Shown: positions 26,701 to 31,769 of the stretch, in pieces
Layout of the letters: each line of letters begins with the position of its first letter
Numbering within the stretch: the first letter of the stretch is position 1
Virus record (IMG/VR): IMGVR_UViG_3300046777_000900
Location: 1-31,769 of that record
DNA: 31,769 nt
Origin: a virus
Taxonomy: Duplodnaviria; Caudoviricetes
Reading direction: 5' to 3' (one strand)
Translations under genes and position numbers: made by a program
The notes under the pieces: model-generated
The model's database searches: none
The model's input: the letters and a program-made list of their open reading frames with translations, nothing else
Told to the model about the DNA's origin: nothing

Positions 26701-27206
26701 TACAAATCATAAGCTGTTTCTTCTGTAGTATAACTTGCATGGTTTGTTTTTATTCCTTTGTCTATATTTATCTTCTTAGGCTCATTGTAATTATCAGACC
26801 AGTAAAGTATATTATCTATTACTCTACAGTTTTTATCAATTCTGTGATTTTTATTGAAATTTAAACCCTCTTGAACCTGACTATCATAAATAACAGCATA
26901 AACTTGATTATCTACAAAATCAAAACAATAGATACCGTGGTCACCAAATGTGTTACATATAAACCACAACATTCTTTGACCCTCAGTATCTATACAGCTA
27001 CCAATACAAATATTAGTTCCGTATGGAGGATATACAGCTTGTGAAATTAAAGTAGTACCCGGCACATTTTCAACTCTAGCATTACGGCCATATTGAGTCA
27101 CCCCAACACGACCATTCATTAATCTTAAATATTGTGCATCTTCTAATAAATGCAACGAATCATCCTGATTCGCACCTGCTGTAAATATCTTTTTACTTCT
27201 AATCAT
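23751..27206 (-). CDS. Tail stabilisation / muzzle-like protein (P22 gp10-like role)
   Basis: 1151 aa and beta-rich. The N-terminus FTAGANQD...LEDAQY, LYWSDNYNEPKKINI, IRYSNVY...NGLSTFEALNF and GSIQKL resemble this protein in Bacteroidota podoviruses. Confidence 0.75.
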   Translation of the reverse strand: MIRSKKIFTAGANQDDSLHLLEDAQYLRLMNGRVGVTQYGRNARVENVPGTTLISQAVYPPYGTNICIGSCIDTEGQRMLWFICNTFGDHGIYCFDFVDNQVYAVIYDSQVQEGLNFNKNHRIDKNCRVIDNILYWSDNYNEPKKINIDKGIKTNHASYTTEETAYDLYPNGIPYTTLTVIRRPPFYSLQVSKATDSNYKNNFIERSAFQMCYYYEFVDNEKSRLSAFSDLLNFNSPNETTNYINADLPYTEYIEDEIQRINICAKDVLNNVVFIVKTFDKANADDLAAINAHNAGTAQLGVDFYNNIAGSNLDSSQSSIPFDSVPVLTKTLESATSRLFMGNNLSGYDTPKKTSLSIPSATNTSPASNTFTSEVTSYYIPIKRTTFPFDTTVEEVNFMYTSSYFNKVLYYNTYRNTPPAIIPSTLNLADVTIEDYNLTFFLNNFTSTYTPNTTGYDWDYANLSAAYTLPRGYFVTINNNTGTFISQNLYKTGASYNISIAFYDRFRRKCGVVSKYVNYNIPEYVYGQSSFVSYLNWAVSNTNALEEIPDWAHYYQILSTKNLNSTSFLQVKTAGAQYATRSTSTTDLTYGNSYSSGIYAVGLNISPLNSIGIGYNYQEGDMVKVYISSTPTINLRIIGQDGNYILVDGYDFGALNATTSNFFIEIYTPKKTFVNEPFFEVSDSYAINNPGTALREYGTLTGQLSGDVYTLERTDTSSTLYYTQNMSPNDSMWQYWNTNTGWPNFITTLGQTRNEHEIRYSNVYTAGTANNGLSTFEALNFKNVPLGTGSIQKLQLASKTAEQGVIMLAVCAFQTASCYLGEVQLVGSSQNAFLAQDPSVIGTINVLKGMFGTTSPETVVEYLGNVFWYDLNNGQVVQYSSNGLFPISSFKMERLFKNYAKGYLAANNNNLDNINGFHHLPTFIDPFHKEFGISLVGLTYENYASTLPSYATVPSYASSIINRFDISDNLAKTVVFNLSENKWVSDYQFMGEQYDYFDNRFFGFKNGAPYEFNTNTSTWNTWFGVQYPVRVCWVVNKPLSGLKDMSEIVMESSVAPDFTVVYTTLPNTQITDLINTDYINQEGILYARLFRDRLSPNASGSVDQKLLNGDIVISQIPQIMAEFQQYSSIIYINFVDVGFNLSRGQNFILAE

Positions 27207-27210
27207 CTAA

Positions 27211-27999
27211 TTAGTATTTAGGAGATGCTTGACTATTCTTTTGAACAATTCTTTTAATTTTCTCAACGCTCCAATCAGCTTTTCTAGCTCTTAGGATTTT
27301 TCTTTCACGAACGTATTCGTTTTGGGCCATTTGTCTTTCGCCCATATTATAATTTCTATTATTCTCTCTAGTCTGCCAATTAATATAAGCCTGTATTGTT
27401 TTTATAGCGTATGGGTCTATTTGGGTAGCTGCATCAGCTTCTTGCCCATCAGATACATATTGTAGAACTATATTTTCAACAGAGTAAGATTGGTCTAATT
27501 GAATCTGATTTCTTTCTTTGAAAATTTGGAAAGTATCTTCTTGATGACCTGCGCCAAAACCAAAGCTTCTACCGATATTTTCACCATAATCATTATATCT
27601 TACAGTAAACCATTGAGCATAAGGAAGTGCACCATAATATAATTGAGCAGAGTTTGAATCCGAAGAAGTAACATTTTCATTCCAAGGTTGCTCTGCAAAA
27701 TTTAAATTTTCATTCAAGTTGATAAGAGGATTTAGTGTACTTGTAGGTGTTAATGGTCTAATTCTTTGTCCAACCATTACACCTACTGTTACATAATCCT
27801 GATAGTCACTTGGTAATTCTGCCGCATTAATCGTTTGGTCTACAGGTAATATTTTTGTATTAATTACACGCAAATCATCGAATGTAATATCACGCAAACA
27901 ATCTGCTGCGTAAACCAAAGACTGCATATACCAATGCAATGGGTATCCTTTTTTAAGTAGGAAATTTTTTACTATATAATCTAGTGATGCGGTAGTCAT
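27211..27999 (-). CDS. Tail ring / head-tail adaptor-like protein
   Basis: 262 aa with ELPSDYQDYVTVG and IVLQYVSDG, in a helix-beta-helix layout; adjacent to the stabilisation gene. Confidence 0.65.
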   Translation of the reverse strand: MTTASLDYIVKNFLLKKGYPLHWYMQSLVYAADCLRDITFDDLRVINTKILPVDQTINAAELPSDYQDYVTVGVMVGQRIRPLTPTSTLNPLINLNENLNFAEQPWNENVTSSDSNSAQLYYGALPYAQWFTVRYNDYGENIGRSFGFGAGHQEDTFQIFKERNQIQLDQSYSVENIVLQYVSDGQEADAATQIDPYAIKTIQAYINWQTRENNRNYNMGERQMAQNEYVRERKILRARKADWSVEKIKRIVQKNSQASPKY

Positions 28000-28001
28000 T
28001 G

Positions 28002-28643
28002 TTAATTAATTTTATTTGTTGCTGCGCTATAGTTATCTACTATTCCGGTTTCTGGTGTAACTATTGCAAATTTAGCAAATACTTTTTCTATGATTTCTTC
28101 TTCAGCACCAGCAGGAATTGGTAAAGGGTCTGTGTTTGAATAAAGTGAAATATCCATAACAACTAAGTACATATTTACCGAGGTAACTCCCAAAAGAGTA
28201 ATATCTTTAGAAAAAACAACAGTAAAGTTTCTTAATTCATACCAAACACTGCCTAATAAATCATTCAATAATTTATCTGCCTTAATCAAAGCTCCTTGTC
28301 CTAATGGAACCGGTATATAATCGTTATCATTTTCATCGGTAACACGATATACACCCATATTTCTAGGTAGTGATATAGGCATTACAGGCAATGTTGCCTT
28401 AGCTTTATCTCCGTAACTAGAAACAGGTATATTTTCATAAAACGCAACCATTAAATTATCTGGTATTGTTTCGCCAGTAGGTAATGTTGCAGAATAGTAT
28501 TGCATTTGAAAAGTTGAATTAACAACTTGCTCAATTGCTTTTACAACATCTTCCATTTGAACGGGTTGGTTGTTATCTCTATAACCACCAGCAAGCCTTA
28601 ATAAGACTTGTTCCGCCATTAAATATTTAGTAGTACCTGCCAT
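28002..28643 (-). CDS. Tail ring / adaptor-like protein
   Basis: 213 aa with the same helix-beta-helix layout (ending PLPIPAGAEEEIIEKV); middle gene of three tandem genes of similar size. Confidence 0.55.
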   Translation of the reverse strand: MAGTTKYLMAEQVLLRLAGGYRDNNQPVQMEDVVKAIEQVVNSTFQMQYYSATLPTGETIPDNLMVAFYENIPVSSYGDKAKATLPVMPISLPRNMGVYRVTDENDNDYIPVPLGQGALIKADKLLNDLLGSVWYELRNFTVVFSKDITLLGVTSVNMYLVVMDISLYSNTDPLPIPAGAEEEIIEKVFAKFAIVTPETGIVDNYSAATNKIN

Positions 28644-28645
28644 TT

Positions 28646-29287
28646 TTATTTAGTTTCTTGAGTTTGAAGTTGAGCAAATTGCTGAATATCTTGTTCAGCC
28701 ATATTAATACCCCAAAACTTCAACGCTCTTGATATAATATTGTTAATATAAACATCCGTAAACTCTAATTGAGTACTTGTATTAGGGTCGTATGTAATAT
28801 TTCTTCCGCTTTGAGTATAACCCAATACAGGAGTTGCTGGCCTTCTTAAATAATTATAAAATCCAGCTTGTGTGGCAGCAGGATATAATCTAAAACCAAC
28901 TGATGAATCTATAGCTATAGGGTTACTGGTTGAAACCGGTCTTAACTGACTTTTTAGCGCTAGAGCCAACTCATCTTCATTTAAAAATCTTACGTTATTA
29001 ATCGTACTACCACTTACGGTATAAGCGCCTCCAATCATGTGAAGATAGTCTGAATCAAATGTTACCAATCCTGTTGAATCAGAAGTAAAGCTTTTTTGTA
29101 CTCTAAGCTTTCTAATTGCATCATGAATTATTTGTGTTGTGCCATAAGTTGAAAACCATTCTTCAACCGCTTCTAATTGTGCATTATCTAGCGTTTGCAT
29201 AGCTTCAGGTATAGTCACAAAAACTCCACGTTCTTTACGAACAATAAATATCATTTGATTGTATATGTCATTTATGTTATAAGCCAT
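28646..29287 (-). CDS. Tail ring / head-tail adaptor-like protein
   Basis: 213 aa with NINDIY...IVRKERG, YLRRPATP and STQLEF...IISRALKFWGIN. Confidence 0.65.
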   Translation of the reverse strand: MAYNINDIYNQMIFIVRKERGVFVTIPEAMQTLDNAQLEAVEEWFSTYGTTQIIHDAIRKLRVQKSFTSDSTGLVTFDSDYLHMIGGAYTVSGSTINNVRFLNEDELALALKSQLRPVSTSNPIAIDSSVGFRLYPAATQAGFYNYLRRPATPVLGYTQSGRNITYDPNTSTQLEFTDVYINNIISRALKFWGINMAEQDIQQFAQLQTQETK

Positions 29288-30128
29288 CTTCTTCCTCCCA
29301 AACTCCCAGAGCTCTCCGGGATTTTATTAAATAATAATTTTTACCGTTGTATTCGTATTTCTCCAAATACTTCTCCTCAAAACCAACAACATCACCTACT
29401 TTTAAATCAGAACCTTCTGGTGCTGAAATAACTTTTGCTCTATCGCCAAGTCTTGCTTTAAATGTACTTTGCGGCAGTTCTATCCCCATTTGGGTCAATA
29501 CTTCTTTTGGAATATCTAAATCTATTGGTTCAAGAATAATTCTATCACCAACTGTTTTTAATTCATCTCCTTCAAACTTTGCATAAATATCTCTATACGA
29601 AGCTTTCCATACATCACCTTTTCCTGTATCTAAAAGATTTGTAAAAAAGAATTGCTGTGTTTCTCCAAAACTAAATTGAGATTTCCACCTGCTTAATTCA
29701 CTTTCTGAACCCTGACATCCATGAACAAAATTACCTCTATTATCACTAAAGGTCCCTGACCAAGTGTGAGTAATTTTACCCGGCATTGCTACAATAAATA
29801 TTTTCTCACCTTTACCATTAATAAATTTTTGATAATAAGGGCTGTCTTTAGTAACCTCAGTAAAATAAGCTCCATCTGATTCAAATTTTCTTTCAGCAAC
29901 TACTGAATAATCAAATAAAACTTTATCGCCAACTTTTAATTTAGAAACGGTTTCAGCATATTCACCTTTAGGATTTTCTGGCAATGCGGCTATTTCACCG
30001 ACAACTGTTGCGTTCCATTCTGGACGAAAAGAACCGTCTAGGTATAACTCTAAATCACCTATTTTGATTGTATCTTGAATAGGCTTGTCTAAATTAAGAA
30101 AAATATGGTTTATCGGTTGTGCGCTCAT
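29277..30128 (-). CDS. Protein with two GroES-like domains
   Basis: N-terminal PINHIFLNL...GEIAALP...LKVGDKVLF and C-terminal VGDRIILEP...GIELP...AKVISAP...LKVGDVVGF...EYNGKNYYLIK. The start is ATG 30128, because the track's start at 30194 lies inside a terminator. Confidence 0.7.
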   Translation of the reverse strand: MSAQPINHIFLNLDKPIQDTIKIGDLELYLDGSFRPEWNATVVGEIAALPENPKGEYAETVSKLKVGDKVLFDYSVVAERKFESDGAYFTEVTKDSPYYQKFINGKGEKIFIVAMPGKITHTWSGTFSDNRGNFVHGCQGSESELSRWKSQFSFGETQQFFFTNLLDTGKGDVWKASYRDIYAKFEGDELKTVGDRIILEPIDLDIPKEVLTQMGIELPQSTFKARLGDRAKVISAPEGSDLKVGDVVGFEEKYLEKYEYNGKNYYLIKSRRALGVWEEEDGL

Positions 30129-30161
30129 AGATGGTATAAAATTAAGTTTTTTATAGGATAT

Positions 30162-30197
30162 AAAAATAAAATGCCCCCAAAATTTTGAAGGCATTTT
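30162..30197 (-). terminator. Rho-independent terminator after groES
   Basis: Minus strand AAAATGCC-TTCAA...TTGGG-GGCATTTT stem, extended by G-U pairs on this strand only, followed by ATTTTT. Confidence 0.75.
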
Positions 30198-30215
30198 GAA
30201 TAATGGGTTAAATCA

Positions 30216-30482
30216 TTAAATTATTGCGTCAATATAAAGCTCATCAGGAATAAGTCTAAGTTGCTGCCCATTAACCTCAATGTCAACTCCTACGCTACTA
30301 GCAAACATAATTTTATCCCCTTTTGATACATTTTCAGCTTCTTTGCCAACATTTTCAACAACGCCAGTAATAAAGTCTTTTTGAGCCGTTTCAGGTAAAT
30401 ACAATCCGCTGTCTGTTCTGTCTTTAGGGGCATCTAGCTTAACTAGAACCCTTTTACCTAATGGTGTGAATTTTTGTTTCAT
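30216..30482 (-). CDS. groES: Co-chaperonin GroES (Cpn10)
   Basis: FTPLGKRVLVK, mobile loop TDSGLYLPETAQ, GVVENVG, VSKGDKIMF and GVDIEVNG. Confidence 0.93.
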   Translation of the reverse strand: MKQKFTPLGKRVLVKLDAPKDRTDSGLYLPETAQKDFITGVVENVGKEAENVSKGDKIMFASSVGVDIEVNGQQLRLIPDELYIDAII

Positions 30483-30497
30483 TTAATTTAATTTTTG

Positions 30498-30508
30498 TAA
30501 AATTACTA
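30498..30508 (-). promoter_or_regulatory. -7-like promoter box TAG-TAATTTTA upstream of groES
   Basis: Intergenic, identical to 23722-23732; 15 nt before the ATG. Confidence 0.55.
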
Positions 30509-30510
30509 AT

Positions 30511-30729
30511 TTATTTCCAATTATGAGGTATATCCATATCAATTCCCATGCCATTCATTGCGTTTCCATAAACCCTTATATCTTCAGAATAATAATGCTT
30601 AACAACGCCACCTTTTAGCCTAACTAACCAAACCGAGTTTATGTTTAACCCATAGTCAATCAACAAGATACACTCGCCTGCGCCATGAGGCGTATGTACT
30701 TTTACTGGTGTCGAAAATTCATGTATCAT
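30511..30729 (-). CDS. Small hypothetical protein (72 aa, beta-rich)
   Basis: MIHEFSTPVKVHTPHGAG...IDYG...W. ATG 30729 overlaps the upstream stop (ATGA). Confidence 0.75.
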   Translation of the reverse strand: MIHEFSTPVKVHTPHGAGECILLIDYGLNINSVWLVRLKGGVVKHYYSEDIRVYGNAMNGMGIDMDIPHNWK

Positions 30730-30878
30730 AAAACAAAATATAAGTATAAAACAAACCAACTAATTGTTATCGAAACCGCTACCCCTAAAAAAAAAGATAA
30801 AATGTTAAATTGGGTCTTTTGGTGTTCTCTACCAGAATGAAAGCCCATTTGATAATATTTTTTATAAATATCCTTCAT
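30726..30878 (-). CDS. Small membrane protein (50 aa), absent from the ORF track
   Basis: MKDIYKKYYQMGFHSGREHQKTQFNILSFFLGVAVSITISWFVLYLYFVL*, with a TAATG overlap upstream, an ATGA overlap downstream and one C-terminal hydrophobic helix. Confidence 0.75.
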   Translation of the reverse strand: MKDIYKKYYQMGFHSGREHQKTQFNILSFFLGVAVSITISWFVLYLYFVL

Positions 30879-31153
30879 TATTTGTTATTTAGAACCCTAA
30901 CCGCATAGTATTTGCCATTTATTGCTTTGATTCTTTTGCCAACCTTTCGGTTTTTAAATACAGAATCAATCTTGACTCCTAATAGGGCCGCAACTTCGGC
31001 TGCCGAATCCAATGTGATAACCTTTTTCTTACGTTCTTCTAAATCCAAGGAGCAATCATAAACCAAGTGTGTTAGCTCTTTTTCTATTTCACCAACAAAC
31101 TCTGCCTTGCCTATATACTGCCTTGGATTATTTTTACTTGATTTAAAAGCCAT
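30878..31153 (-). CDS. Small protein with a NUMOD1-like HTH
   Basis: VYD...TLDSAAEVAALLGV...SV resembles NUMOD1/HTH DNA-binding modules. Confidence 0.55.
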   Translation of the reverse strand: MAFKSSKNNPRQYIGKAEFVGEIEKELTHLVYDCSLDLEERKKKVITLDSAAEVAALLGVKIDSVFKNRKVGKRIKAINGKYYAVRVLNNK

Positions 31154-31435
31154 TTATCTACCTGTTTCTTTTTCTAAATATTCTTTCATTTTCTTGGTTG
31201 CAGCTCTATTAACGTCTATCCTAGGATTGAAACGATAATCATACCACATAACGTAATTACCAAATTGGTCTTTACCTTCCATTTTAACCCTACTAACAAC
31301 GCAACCAAACGGTTTTTCAACCTCTCTTGGTATCTCTCTAGCAGGATTGCTGTAACCAGTAAGCTTAATAGAATTACTTACATTGATGATGTCGCCTTTT
31401 AAAAGCGATTTAATTAAAGCGCATTTTTTGTTCAT
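31154..31435 (-). CDS. Small winged-helix-like DNA-binding protein
   Basis: LLKGDIIN...LTG..NPAREI...FG..V...YDYRF resembles phage winged-HTH proteins. The family call is tentative. Confidence 0.5.
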   Translation of the reverse strand: MNKKCALIKSLLKGDIINVSNSIKLTGYSNPAREIPREVEKPFGCVVSRVKMEGKDQFGNYVMWYDYRFNPRIDVNRAATKKMKEYLEKETGR

Positions 31436-31455
31436 GTGTGTTTGGTTTAATTTAG

Positions 31456-31578
31456 TTATTTTCCCTGACCTCGGTACTGAGAAACGGCTTTTTGTTTTGG
31501 TCCTCGTGTTTTTTGTGCTTTTCCGCCTTTTCTTTTCCCGAAGCTCAGTTTAGTTGAATTTCCTGTAGCCTTTGCCAT
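31456..31578 (-). CDS. Very basic 40-aa protein ending YRGQGK, absent from the ORF track
   Basis: MAKATGNSTKLSFGKRKGGKAQKTRGPKQKAVSQYRGQGK*. It is a GC-richer island between AT-rich spacers, downstream of a TAnnTTTG box. Confidence 0.8.
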   Translation of the reverse strand: MAKATGNSTKLSFGKRKGGKAQKTRGPKQKAVSQYRGQGK

Positions 31579-31611
31579 AAAATTAATTTTTAATAAAATT
31601 AATCATTTTTA

Positions 31612-31622
31612 CAAAACTACTA
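31612..31622 (-). promoter_or_regulatory. -7 promoter box TAG-TAGTTTTG
   Basis: Exact TAnnTTTG match in the AT-rich gap after ssb. Confidence 0.6.
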
Positions 31623-31649
31623 AAATTTTTAATTTAATTAATAATTAAT

Positions 31650-31769
31650 TTAAAATGGAACTTCTTCTTCTTTTTCAGATTTAGAACTTGAAAGAAGTTG
31701 TAGGCTAGAAACCCTAACAGATAATTGAGGAACAATTTCGTTTGCGCTGTTAGAATAAGTCTTTGCTTC
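31650..31769 (-). CDS. ssb: Single-stranded DNA-binding protein, C-terminal fragment
   Basis: ...EAKTYSNSANEIVPQLSVRVSSLQLLSSSKSEKEEEVPF* gives the last OB-fold strands plus the acidic tail ending in PF. Confidence 0.8.
   Translation of the reverse strand, partial: EAKTYSNSANEIVPQLSVRVSSLQLLSSSKSEKEEEVPF

Noticed and set aside
496-29586. All plus-strand ORFs in the track (e.g. 1545-1799, 11814-12191, 17440-17877)
   Set aside because: They lie antisense to well-supported minus-strand genes, have shadow-like composition rich in S/L/F/I, and show no recognisable motifs.
30129-30194. Extended N-termini given in the ORF track (also 6453-6479, 7877-7894, 8503-8550, 30730-30759)
   Set aside because: They run through a terminator, a promoter or the upstream gene; downstream ATGs fit the tight gene packing better.
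1-31769. Stop-codon reassignment as seen in some crAss-like phages
   Set aside because: Standard-code ORFs tile the window densely and intact, and TAG (23751) and TGA (7073, 30726) sit at plausible gene ends. TAG is too rare here to exclude reassignment elsewhere in the genome.
1-31769. CRISPR array, tRNA, rRNA, integrase or IS element
   Set aside because: No spaced direct repeats, cloverleaf or recombinase/transposase motifs were seen, and the intergenic gaps are short.

Overview
This is an AT-rich, densely coding segment of a tailed dsDNA phage genome, with every credible gene on the minus strand. In transcription order (right to left) it carries the C-terminus of SSB, several small genes, a GroES, a tandem-GroES-like protein, three ring/adaptor-like proteins and a tail stabilisation (muzzle-like) protein. 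Next come three probable ejection proteins (239, 502 and 2199 aa), small and large terminase, and an eight-gene sugar-modification cassette (GT25, GT2, GT11, SAM methyltransferase, GDP-mannose 3,5-epimerase, FkbM methyltransferase, GT47/exostosin, GT25). The window ends with portal, ferritin, scaffold-like protein, major capsid protein, a NUMOD4-HNH endonuclease and a truncated gene. Gene order, the absence of Shine-Dalgarno motifs and recurring TAnnTTTG-like boxes point to a podovirus-like phage of Bacteroidota, architecturally related to crAss-like phages (inference, no database search run). The best leads are: (1) a complete glycan synthesis and methylation cassette translationally coupled to the terminase, possibly glycosylating the virion with L-galactose; (2) one or two small basic genes nested in the +1 frame of the 2199-aa gene, one with its own promoter box; (3) a ~110-nt element with three interlocking helices inside the glycan cassette; (4) a two-domain GroES-like protein beside a normal GroES. 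All family calls come from motif recognition by eye.
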